Shown: in pieces, positions 29,294 to 37,908 of the stretch
How the letters are laid out: every line of letters begins with the position of its first letter
Position numbering within the stretch: the stretch's first letter is position 1
DNA from: Candidatus Latescibacterota bacterium
GTDB taxonomy: Bacteria; Latescibacterota; UBA2968; UBA8231
Length of the DNA stretch: 64,000 bases
Reading direction: 5' to 3'
Assembly (NCBI GenBank): GCA_963422735.1
Contig: OY730476.1
Location: forward strand, 3,744,001 to 3,808,000
Translations under genes and position numbers: made by a program
Notes under the pieces: model-generated
Seen by the model: only the letters and a program-made list of their open reading frames with translations
Told to the model about the DNA's origin: nothing
Databases searched by the model: none

Positions 29294-30643
29294 GTGCGCC
29301 CTCCCGACCCAGCCCGCCTTGCGGCTACGCGTCTCCTCCGCGACCTAGAGCAGCAGGCCCAGCCCTTCGACGAATTGTTACAAGCCCTCGACGCGAGCTT
29401 GCCGACCAACCGCGACGTGCGCTTCGCCCGCCAGCTAGTTTTCGGTGCGGTGCGGTGGCAGAAGCGGCTCGATTGGATCATCGCCACCTGCTGTACTCGC
29501 CCGATCGCCCAACTTTCGCCCTGGGCCCGCCACATCCTGCGCCTCGGCACCTATCAGCTCTTCTGGCTCGATCGAGTTCCCCAGTCTGCGGCCGTCCACA
29601 CCTCGGTCGAGCTAGCCAAGCACTTGACGCACCAAGGTATCGCCTCATTGGTCAATGCCGTGCTCCGCAACTTGCTGCGGCAACGCGCACGGGTTCGCTA
29701 CCCCGATCAGCGGCAAAGCCCGGCTCGTTACCTAGCGGTGTACCACTCCCACCCCGAGTGGCTGGTCCAGCGCTGGATCGGCCGCTGGGGCCGCGAAATC
29801 GCCGAGCATTTGCTCGTGGCCAACAACCAGCCCGCCGCACTCAACATCTACCTCAATCCGCTGCGCACCAGCCGCGGGCTGGCCGCCGAACTCGACCTAG
29901 TTCCGGTTGAGTCAAGGCCGGGCTTTTACCGAGCGACGAACGGCGCGGACCTCTTTGCCTCACGCGCATACCAGCAGGGGCAGTTTCAAGTCCAAGACCC
30001 CAACGCCGGCTTGGCTGTGGCCCTGCTCGACCCGCAGCCGGGCGAACGCCTGCTCGACCTGTGCAGTGCGCCCGGTGGCAAGGCCGTGCAAGCTGCCATC
30101 GCCATGGCCGACCGCGGCTGGGTCATAGCCGCCGACATTTCGCTGCCGCGACTAAATCGAGTGCGCGAAAACGCCCGACGCCTGCGCCTGTACACCATCC
30201 GCCCAGTGGCCCGCGACGGCACGACCCCCGGGTGCGGTGCCTTCGATCGAGTTCTCGCCGATGTGCCCTGCAGTGCCACCGGCGTACTCGGACGGCGACC
30301 AGACGCCCGCTGGCGCCGCGAGTCAGCCGAATTGGCGGCATTGACCGCGCGGCAGCAAGTACTCATCCAACGCGCTTACGAGCACCTGCGTCCCGGCGGC
30401 GTCTTGGTATATAGCACCTGTAGCTTGGAGAAAGAGGAGAACGAGGCTATTGTCGAGCGTTTCTTAAAGCAGACCCCAACTGCCCGTCTGGAGCGCGCCG
30501 ATGCCCACTTTCCCGCCCAGCCTTGGGCCGGCCGCTACGTACTGACCATACCGGGCCAACACGCTGGCGACGGCAGTTTTGCTGCGCGCATCCGCAAAGG
30601 TACCGCCCTTTCGGGTCGGCGGAGAAAGCATTTCGCATCGTGA
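29294..30643 (+). CDS. rsmB: 16S rRNA m5C967 methyltransferase RsmB
   Basis: NusB-like N-terminus (ILRLG.YQL, VNAVLR), DLCSAPGGK, DVPCSATG, YSTCS..EENE. Confidence 0.93.
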   Translation: MRPPDPARLAATRLLRDLEQQAQPFDELLQALDASLPTNRDVRFARQLVFGAVRWQKRLDWIIATCCTRPIAQLSPWARHILRLGTYQLFWLDRVPQSAAVHTSVELAKHLTHQGIASLVNAVLRNLLRQRARVRYPDQRQSPARYLAVYHSHPEWLVQRWIGRWGREIAEHLLVANNQPAALNIYLNPLRTSRGLAAELDLVPVESRPGFYRATNGADLFASRAYQQGQFQVQDPNAGLAVALLDPQPGERLLDLCSAPGGKAVQAAIAMADRGWVIAADISLPRLNRVRENARRLRLYTIRPVARDGTTPGCGAFDRVLADVPCSATGVLGRRPDARWRRESAELAALTARQQVLIQRAYEHLRPGGVLVYSTCSLEKEENEAIVERFLKQTPTARLERADAHFPAQPWAGRYVLTIPGQHAGDGSFAARIRKGTALSGRRRKHFAS

Positions 30644-31413
30644 AAAACATCCTCCGCCAATTGGGCCTGCTCGCGGCATCCGCGCTCCTCTCCGGTGTCC
30701 TCCTCCTCGTCTTGCTCGATGAGATCGTCATGCCTTACGTAGTCGATGTCCCCAGCGTCCGCGTACCCGACCTCAAGGGCCTTTTCGCGCCGGAGGCATC
30801 TGCCCGCCTCGGAGAAGAGGATCTGGAGATGACCATCGGCGATTCGCTGCATCACGAGACCATCCCAGCCGAGGCGGTCGTCGATCAAGATCCAAGTGCT
30901 GGACAATCGGTTAAAAAGGGGCGGCGCATCGTCGTGACCGTGAGTAAAGGGCCACGCTACTACGAAGTGCCCGACGTGCGCCGCGTTAGCCTCCGCGAGG
31001 CGCGTCTGCAACTAGAGGAAAACCAGCTAAAGAGCGGCCGAATCCTCTACCGCTCCTCAGATGCCCTCCCCGAGGGCGCTGTCGTCGAGCAGTCGCCCCC
31101 CCCGGACGCTCGGCTCGCCCGTGGCAGCGCGGTTGACCTACAGGTCAGCAACGGCCCGCCCACGGCCCTCAAGCGCGTCCCGAATATAGTCGGCCTGTCC
31201 ATCAAAGTTGTGGACGATACCTTGCGCAAATACGAAATGCGCATCGGCCATATTGCCAAGCGCATTGACGAGCAAAAACCCGTCGGCACAGTCCTAGCAC
31301 AAGCACCTACGAGGGAGCAGCGCATCCCGCGCCACAGCCGGATCGACCTCGTCGTCAGCACCGCGGCACCATCCCCGGCACCGGATGCCTTCGACGACTG
31401 GGAGGAACCATGA
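30640..31413 (+). CDS. PASTA domain protein (three repeats)
   Basis: TM then VPDL/VPDV/VPNI repeats, each with VVxQxP. Confidence 0.9.
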   Translation: MKNILRQLGLLAASALLSGVLLLVLLDEIVMPYVVDVPSVRVPDLKGLFAPEASARLGEEDLEMTIGDSLHHETIPAEAVVDQDPSAGQSVKKGRRIVVTVSKGPRYYEVPDVRRVSLREARLQLEENQLKSGRILYRSSDALPEGAVVEQSPPPDARLARGSAVDLQVSNGPPTALKRVPNIVGLSIKVVDDTLRKYEMRIGHIAKRIDEQKPVGTVLAQAPTREQRIPRHSRIDLVVSTAAPSPAPDAFDDWEEP

Positions 31414-32060
31414 ACGCCACGCGCATCGGTCCCTCCCTCTTGGCCGCCGACTTCGCCCGCCTGGCCGAGGACATTGATCGCGTCGAGCGCGGAGGGGCTG
31501 ATTTTCTTCATCTCGACGTAATGGATGGGCACTTCGTCCCCAACCTCAGCTTTGGGCTGCCGGTCATCGCGGCCGTGCGTCAAACGACCCGTCTCGAACT
31601 CAACACGCATCTGATGTTGCAAGATCCCTTGCCCTTTATCGGCCCTTTCAAAGAGGCGGGCGCGGACTCACTCGTCGTCCACGTGGAAATCGAGTCCGAC
31701 CTTTCGGCCGTGCTCGACGCCATCTGCCGGCACGGTCTCCAGTGCGGCCTCGCGGTCAATCCCAGTACGCCCGTCTCCACTCTCTATCCCTATCTCGACG
31801 CACTCGATTCGGCCTTGGTCATGTCCGTGGAGCCGGGATTTGGCGGCCAGACCTTCCAGCCGACAGCCCTCGACAAAATCCGCGACCTGTGCGCGGAAAT
31901 CGAGCGCCGTGGGCTAGACGTACCCGTCGGCATCGATGGCGGGGTCCAGCCCGGCAACGCGGCCGCCTGCCGCCAAGCCGGTGCCCGGTGCTTAGTGGCT
32001 GGTTCAGCTGTCTTCGGTGCTCAAGACCCAGCCCGCGTCATCGCCGACTTGCGCGGCTGA
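31410..32060 (+). CDS. rpe: Ribulose-phosphate 3-epimerase
   Basis: PSLLAADF, HLDVMDGHFVPN, MSVEPGFGGQ, DGG. Confidence 0.97.
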   Translation: MNATRIGPSLLAADFARLAEDIDRVERGGADFLHLDVMDGHFVPNLSFGLPVIAAVRQTTRLELNTHLMLQDPLPFIGPFKEAGADSLVVHVEIESDLSAVLDAICRHGLQCGLAVNPSTPVSTLYPYLDALDSALVMSVEPGFGGQTFQPTALDKIRDLCAEIERRGLDVPVGIDGGVQPGNAAACRQAGARCLVAGSAVFGAQDPARVIADLRG

Positions 32061-32070
32061 CCTACTTCTG

Positions 32071-32098
32071 TTGCCATATCTATATGTTAACCTATATT
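32071..32098 (+). promoter_or_regulatory. Putative sigma70 promoter for the ffh operon
   Basis: TTGCCA-N16-TATATT in an AT-rich intergenic segment. Confidence 0.5.
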
Positions 32099-32139
32099 TT
32101 AATTCTTTTGTCGCATTCCACCACTCGACGCATCGGCCC

Positions 32140-33468
32140 ATGTTTGACCGACTCAGCGAACGCTTTGATGACCTCTTCCGCTCGCTCCGCGGGCAGGGGC
32201 GCATTACCGAGCGCAACATCGACGATACCTTGCGCCAGATCCGCCGCTCTCTGCTCGAAGCCGATGTCAACTTCAAGGTCGCCAAGGACTTTATTCAGCG
32301 GGTCAAAGAGCAAGCCCTCGGCCAAGACGTACTCAAAAGCCTGACCCCGGGCCAGCAGCTAGTCAAAATCGTCCACCGCGAACTCGTCGCCTTGCTGGGG
32401 GGCAACAACAGCCCGCCCAATCTCGCCGAGCACCCCCCCACCGTCGTCATGCTCGTCGGCCTGCAGGGCTGTGGCAAGACGACTATGGCTGCCAAGCTGG
32501 CCCGCCAGTTCAAGGAAAGAGGCCGGCCCCCGCTGCTGATCGCCGCCGATGTGTACCGCCCGGCCGCCGTGGCCCAGCTCCAATCGCTGGGAGCCTCTAT
32601 TGATGTGACCGTTTTCAGCCAACCCGCAGGTGTCGATCCGGTTGCCATCTGCCGCCGAGGCATCGACCAAGCCCGCCAAACTCACCGCAGTGTCGCGCTC
32701 ATAGACACGGCGGGGCGTCTGAGCATCGACGAGGAGTTGATGGACGAGCTGGACCGCATCCAGCAGGCGGTCGAGCCGCACGAGATCCTCTTTGTCGCCG
32801 ACAGCATGCAGGGCCAAGACGCCGTAAAGACTGCTGCCCGCTTTAACCAGCGCCTCGCGTTTACCGGCTGTGCCCTGACCAAGCTCGACAGCGACGCCCG
32901 CGGCGGGGCCGCGCTGTCGATCCGCGCCGTCACCGGCCGGCCGATCAAATTCGTCGGCACCGGAGAGAAAATCGAAGACCTAGAATCTTTTCACCCCGAC
33001 CGCATGGCCTCGCGCATCCTCGGGATGGGAGACATTGTCTCGCTTGTGGAAAGGGCCGAGCAGGCCATGGAGCGCGACAGGGCCAAACAGCTAGAAGAAA
33101 AGCTCCGCCGGGCCTCTTTCACCTTTGATGATTTTCTCTCGCAGTTGCAAGCGGTGCGCCGCATGGGGCCTCTCGACCAACTCATGGGCATGATTCCTAA
33201 AGGGGGCAAAGCTGCCAAGGACATGCAGCTCGACGAAAGCGCATTTACCCAAGTCGAGGCCATCATCAATTCCATGACCCGCCAAGAGCGAGTCCAACCC
33301 AAGATTCTCAACGGCAGCCGCCGCAAGCGGATTGCTCGCGGCAGCGGCACGACCGTCCAAGACGTGAACCAGCTAGTCAAGCAATTTCAGATGATGCAAA
33401 AAATGATCAGGCAGATGGGCCGCGCCAAAGGCGGCCGCTCAAAAATAAGAATGCCCCTTGTGGGCTAG
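32140..33468 (+). CDS. ffh: Signal recognition particle protein
   Basis: LLEADV, GLQGCGKTT, DTAGR, TKLDSDARGG, Met-rich M domain with SRRKRIARGSG. Confidence 0.98.
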   Translation: MFDRLSERFDDLFRSLRGQGRITERNIDDTLRQIRRSLLEADVNFKVAKDFIQRVKEQALGQDVLKSLTPGQQLVKIVHRELVALLGGNNSPPNLAEHPPTVVMLVGLQGCGKTTMAAKLARQFKERGRPPLLIAADVYRPAAVAQLQSLGASIDVTVFSQPAGVDPVAICRRGIDQARQTHRSVALIDTAGRLSIDEELMDELDRIQQAVEPHEILFVADSMQGQDAVKTAARFNQRLAFTGCALTKLDSDARGGAALSIRAVTGRPIKFVGTGEKIEDLESFHPDRMASRILGMGDIVSLVERAEQAMERDRAKQLEEKLRRASFTFDDFLSQLQAVRRMGPLDQLMGMIPKGGKAAKDMQLDESAFTQVEAIINSMTRQERVQPKILNGSRRKRIARGSGTTVQDVNQLVKQFQMMQKMIRQMGRAKGGRSKIRMPLVG

Positions 33469-33493
33469 GCATCCCTCGCCAAGGAGAATAGCA

Positions 33494-33850
33494 TTGGTCA
33501 AACTTCGCCTTAAGAGAATAGGCAAAAGCAAACAGCCTTACTACCGGATCGTCGCCACCCACGTCAGCGTCGCCCGCAACGGCCGCGCCCTCGCAGAGGT
33601 GGGGCTCTACGACCCCATGCATGCGAGCGTCAAAATTGACGAGGAGTGCGCCATAGAGTGGCTCAACAAAGGTGCGCAGATGAGCGAAACCGTCGCCAAT
33701 CTCTTCGACAGCCAAGGGATATTGGCCCGCTGGAAGGGCAGGGAGGGCCAAGTGCGCGACGACGCTCTCACCCGCGACAAGCCCAAGAGCCGGCGCAAGC
33801 ACGCGGCCGCTGCGCCTGTTGAACCGGCCGAGCAAGAGCAAGATGCCTAG
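33494..33850 (+). CDS. rpsP: 30S ribosomal protein S16
   Basis: TTG start after AAGGAG; VKLRLKRIGKSKQPYYRIV, WLNKGAQMSETV. Confidence 0.96.
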   Translation: MVKLRLKRIGKSKQPYYRIVATHVSVARNGRALAEVGLYDPMHASVKIDEECAIEWLNKGAQMSETVANLFDSQGILARWKGREGQVRDDALTRDKPKSRRKHAAAAPVEPAEQEQDA

Positions 33851-33862
33851 AGGGACAACCTC

Positions 33863-34372
33863 ATGGCCGGGCGCGTCGCCGTAGCCTATATCTCCCGCAC
33901 GTGGGGAGTGCGCGGCGAAGTCCGGGCCGAGGCCCTGACGCACCGCGTCAAGCGCTTCAACGACCTGCGGGCCGTTGTCCTCCAAGGTGTAGGCCGACCC
34001 GACCTGCCGCTCGAACTCGAGCGCTGGCGCGTTGATGCCAAGAGCTTGTTGCTCAAATTCGCTGGCATCGATGCCCCCGAACAGGCGCGTTCAACCCTAG
34101 TCGGGGGCTATGTCACTATTGCTCCAGATCAGCGCGATCCCCTGCCGGAAGGTACGCACTACATCGACGATATCGTGGATTGCGCGGTCGTCACCCCGGA
34201 GGGGCAGCCATTGGGTCGGATTGTCGAGGTCGTCTCCATGCCGAGTACAGATGCCTACGTGGTTCGCGGGGCCAAAGGCGAAGCCCTCGTGCCGGCCGTC
34301 GGCGACTTTGTCGTGGACATCGCGCCGGGTCGGGTCGTCATACGGGGCGTTGAAGAGCTATTCGAGCCATGA
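33863..34372 (+). CDS. rimM: Ribosome maturation factor RimM
   Basis: WGVRGEVR, LPEGTHYIDDI; position between rpsP and trmD. Confidence 0.92.
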   Translation: MAGRVAVAYISRTWGVRGEVRAEALTHRVKRFNDLRAVVLQGVGRPDLPLELERWRVDAKSLLLKFAGIDAPEQARSTLVGGYVTIAPDQRDPLPEGTHYIDDIVDCAVVTPEGQPLGRIVEVVSMPSTDAYVVRGAKGEALVPAVGDFVVDIAPGRVVIRGVEELFEP

Positions 34373-35109
34373 AAATAGACATCGCAACTCTTTTTCCGGA
34401 TTTTTTTGCCTCGCCGTTGGCGACCAGCGTGATGGCCCGCGCTATGGCTAGGGGCTTGTTGACCGTCGAGACCCACGACCCGCGCGATTGTGCGACTGAC
34501 AAACACCGCACCGTAGATGACGCGCCTTACGGCGGCGGTGGCGGCATGGTCCTCAAGCCAGAGCCCGTGTACCAGCTCTGGCAGGAGCGGGGCTTATCGA
34601 CCGGCCGCTGTATCTACCTTACAGCCGACGGCCAGCCGCTCAACCAAGCCCTAGCCGTCGAGCTAGCGCTCGAGGAGCGCTTGGTGTTGTTATGCGGGCA
34701 TTACAAAGGAGTAGATGAGCGAATCCGCACCGGGCTTATCGACCAAGAAATCTCGATCGGCGACTATGTGCTCACCGGCGGCGAGCCGGCCGCCCTCGTC
34801 CTCATCGACGCTGTGGTACGGCTCATACCCAACGTTTTGGGCAATTTTTCTTCGGCCTTGGACGACTCGTTCCAAGAGGTCGTACTCGATTGCCCTTGGT
34901 ACACGCGACCAGTTGAATTCCGCGGCCAGCGCGTCCCCGATGCGCTGCTTTCGGGCGATCACGAGCACATAGAGCACTGGCGGCGACGCCAAGCCCTGCG
35001 GCGCACGTTTGTGCGCCGGCCCGACTTGCTGCAACAGATCGAACTCGACGAAGAAGAACAACAGCTCATCGCCACTTGGCAGGAGCAAGGGCTAGAAGAA
35101 GCCCCATAA
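34369..35109 (+). CDS. trmD: tRNA (guanine37-N1)-methyltransferase
   Basis: [33 protein letters not shown]. Confidence 0.98.
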   Translation: MKIDIATLFPDFFASPLATSVMARAMARGLLTVETHDPRDCATDKHRTVDDAPYGGGGGMVLKPEPVYQLWQERGLSTGRCIYLTADGQPLNQALAVELALEERLVLLCGHYKGVDERIRTGLIDQEISIGDYVLTGGEPAALVLIDAVVRLIPNVLGNFSSALDDSFQEVVLDCPWYTRPVEFRGQRVPDALLSGDHEHIEHWRRRQALRRTFVRRPDLLQQIELDEEEQQLIATWQEQGLEEAP

Positions 35110-35135
35110 CAAACAAGGTGATACAAGGTGATACA

Positions 35136-35489
35136 ATGGACGCGAGCATCCTGCGCGAACTAACCTCGGACCAACTCAAAACCGATCTCCCCGAATTCGG
35201 CGCTGGCGACACCGTGTGCATACACGTGCGGGTCATCGAGGGCGACAAGGAGCGCACCCAAGTCTTTGAAGGGACCGTCATCCAGCGCAGAGGCAGCGGC
35301 ATCCAAGAGACCTTTACCGTGCGCAAGATATCTCAGGGCATCGCCATCGAGCGCATCTTTCCCATGCACTCGCCGCGCATCGCCAAGATCGAGCGCACGC
35401 GCGAGGGCCGGGTGCGCCGGGCACGTCTCTTTTACCTACGCGGTCGCAAAGGTCGCGCCGCTCGCATCCGCGAAAAGCGGTCGCGGTAA
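35136..35489 (+). CDS. rplS: 50S ribosomal protein L19
   Basis: [33 protein letters not shown]. Confidence 0.98.
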   Translation: MDASILRELTSDQLKTDLPEFGAGDTVCIHVRVIEGDKERTQVFEGTVIQRRGSGIQETFTVRKISQGIAIERIFPMHSPRIAKIERTREGRVRRARLFYLRGRKGRAARIREKRSR

Positions 35490-35503
35490 GCGGAGTTCAC
35501 GCC

Positions 35504-35737
35504 ATGGCCCGACGCGGAGACCTGCCTTTTTCGCGCAAAAACTGGTCCTTGGCCGTAGCCGGTCTATCCGTGATCTTGCTCGGCTATGTGTTTTTGCGCA
35601 TCCCGCCGGCCGATGGCTTCTTCTCTCTCACCCTCGCGCCCGTACTCCTAGTCGTCGGTTACTGCGTCCTGATTCCCATGGCGATCTTGGTCCGGGACCA
35701 GTCAGCGGACGAGGGAGACGAGGCTGAACAGACATGA
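35504..35737 (+). CDS. DUF3098-like two-TM small protein
   Basis: LPFSRKNW..SLTLAPVLLVVGY..IP.AI. Confidence 0.75.
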   Translation: MARRGDLPFSRKNWSLAVAGLSVILLGYVFLRIPPADGFFSLTLAPVLLVVGYCVLIPMAILVRDQSADEGDEAEQT

Positions 35738-36567
35738 CCAGTGCCCGACCCATCTTTGCCGACTATGCCCCGGACCTCTACCGCTACCATACCGAGGCCC
35801 AGCAGGTAGCTCGCTTCGCCGACATCGACCCCGAGCAGCTAGCCTTCTTCCACCAGCAGGGCTACCTAGCTATAGCAGAGGCGTTTCCGCCCATCCAAGT
35901 CGCCGCCGCTACCGCCGCGGTGTACGACCTTATCGACGGCAAACAGCCCGAATTTCGCGGCGTCCAACTCGAAGCCTCCGCACAGGGCCAAAAGCTGACG
36001 GGTACAGCGCGGCGTGGGGCGGTGCGCAAGCTTATGAAGTTCGTCGATTGGGATGTGCGTTTCCAACCTCTAGCCGCTGACCCAGACCTATTGGATGTCC
36101 TTGCCCGCCTGATGGACGACACGCCTGTTTTGTTCCAGGATATGGCCTTACTCAAGCCGCCTGGGGGCCGGGAAAAACCCTGGCACCAGGACTGCGCGTA
36201 CTTCAACTATCCCTTGGGCACCACCATTATCGGCGTCTGGATCGCCTTAGACCACGCCGACGCGAATAACGGCTGCCTGCACATCCTCCCCGGTACGCAC
36301 CGCGAGGGTCCGGTCAATCACTTCAAGCGTCGCGATTGGCAGATCTGCGACACCGATGTCCAGACCGAGCGCGACGTCGTCGTGCCCCTCGCCCCTGGCG
36401 GTTGCCTGCTCTGGCACGGTATGACCCACCACGGCAGCCCGACCAACCCCTCGCAAAAAATGCGCCGCGCTTTACAAATGCACTACCGACCCGCCAGCGC
36501 CGGTCAGATCGATACCGAGGAGCGCATGCAACACTTCGGCGGCGAAGTTCGCGGCGCTGAGTGCTGA
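35734..36567 (+). CDS. Phytanoyl-CoA dioxygenase (PhyH) family protein
   Basis: KPWHQD, WIALD.A...NGCL, THHGS..N..RRA. Confidence 0.92.
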   Translation: MTSARPIFADYAPDLYRYHTEAQQVARFADIDPEQLAFFHQQGYLAIAEAFPPIQVAAATAAVYDLIDGKQPEFRGVQLEASAQGQKLTGTARRGAVRKLMKFVDWDVRFQPLAADPDLLDVLARLMDDTPVLFQDMALLKPPGGREKPWHQDCAYFNYPLGTTIIGVWIALDHADANNGCLHILPGTHREGPVNHFKRRDWQICDTDVQTERDVVVPLAPGGCLLWHGMTHHGSPTNPSQKMRRALQMHYRPASAGQIDTEERMQHFGGEVRGAEC

Positions 36568-36640
36568 ACGCAGTTTTCACTCCTCCAAACGCAACGTCGC
36601 CTCGTCAATAAAACCGCTCTCCACTAGCGGATGCCTCCGA

Positions 36641-36676
36641 TGCCGTTCTAGGTACCGCTGCCGTTCTAGGTACCGC
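36641..36676. repeat. 18-bp tandem duplication
   Basis: TGCCGTTCTAGGTACCGC twice, exact. Confidence 0.85.
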
Positions 36677-36678
36677 AA

Positions 36679-36975
36679 GTGCCGTTATCGCGGCTTCCGT
36701 TGTGCTTGGCGAACGGTGTGAGAGGGGCCTCTTGGATTCACCCATTCGTGAGAACGGGGCAACTTTCCCTTACTCTATACGTCGCGCACGTGGTGCTTGG
36801 CATGTCGGTTCTAGAAGCCGTGGGTTGGATGGGTTCTACACAGACGTTGCCCTGGGCGTTGTTTGCGGCCGCCGCATTCTCCTTAGTAGGTGTTGTGTTC
36901 CCATACCTATGGCTAGCTCGTTACAAGCTAGGACCACTCGAAGCGATCATGCGTAAACTTACAGAGCGAAAGTAG
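36679..36975 (+). pseudogene. DUF418 membrane protein, C-terminal fragment
   Basis: TGQLSLTLYVAH..W...GPLEAIMRKLT is the DUF418 C-terminus; N-terminus absent. Confidence 0.75.
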
Positions 36976-37153
36976 GCCACTGCGCGGTCGAGGAGTAGAT
37001 AAGTTATCTCGCCGGTGAGGTGACACTTTTTGCTGGTAGGGGTGTTAGATATGTAACATGGCTGAGCGGAGTAAGTGGACTGTCGAGAGTATCTTGGGAA
37101 GTGCAGTGTTTTCGTGAGGCCATGAATTCCTACGAGAAAGGAGGTGATGAGCA

Positions 37154-37270
37154 ATGGCTAAAGCCCATAGCGGCGGTAGCAGCAAAGGCAGCGGCGGCTG
37201 GCCGAGCAAAACCGGAAACCTTTCTGGTGGCGGGAGAGAGAATGCCCCTCCCAAAGGCAAGGGTAAGTGA
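37154..37270 (+). CDS. 38-aa Gly/Ser/Lys-rich peptide (not in the ORF track)
   Basis: AAAGGAGGTGAT Shine-Dalgarno, then ATG; MAKAHSGGSSKGSGGWPSKTGNLSGGGRENAPPKGKGK. Confidence 0.6.
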   Translation: MAKAHSGGSSKGSGGWPSKTGNLSGGGRENAPPKGKGK

Positions 37271-37345
37271 GCCAAAGCGAACTGTTTAAGTGCAGTTTGT
37301 CGTCTAAAGAGGTGTTCCGACAAAAGCTGTCGGGGCACTTTTATT

Positions 37346-37750
37346 TTATAGCAGAGATGATATTGGCGGCAAAGACCGCTGTGACGTTAATAGCTCACGT
37401 ATTCTCTCGTCTATCTTTTTCCACTCGGCACCAGATACCTCGCCCCAATTTTGTCCTTGGGATCTAATCTAGAATATGGGATTGCCTAGCTGGTTTGCTA
37501 CTGTTACCTATTTTTTCACGCCGGGCGCATTGTGGGTATCTTGGCCCACGAGAATAATCACGATATCACATTGACTGATCTTTTTTGCTTCGCCCAGCCA
37601 CTGTTCATTTGGATGATCCTCCCTAAGAGAATGATCCTTTACACGATAGAATGATCCTTTACACGATAGCCGGCATTCTCCTTTGCTAGCGCGTAGAAAT
37701 TGAGACCGAGGTGCAAACTCGAGACTCAAGAATATACGAACCTCGGCCAT
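37346..37750 (-). pseudogene. TIR-like (DUF1863/ThsB-like) domain pseudogene
   Basis: RIFLS, DHSLRE..W, CDIVIILVGQDTHNAPGVKK*V; TAGs at 37508 and 37469; 20-bp tandem duplication 37630-37669. Confidence 0.7.
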
Positions 37751-37908
37751 ATATAGCCTCCTAAGAGATGGTATTGCGAACATTCTCGTAGAGTTGGAAA
37801 TGCTTCCACTTGGGGGAGAGAAGATCCTTTGTAGGGTAAATTGGCGGGTTTCCGTCTGTCATAGCGATAGTTGGGGCTGTGTCATGGCTGATTTGTCTTC
37901 AGCAAGAA

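Noticed and set aside
37020-37289. 89-aa ORF from the track
   Set aside because: No RBS; the strong SD points to the 38-aa ORF in a different frame.
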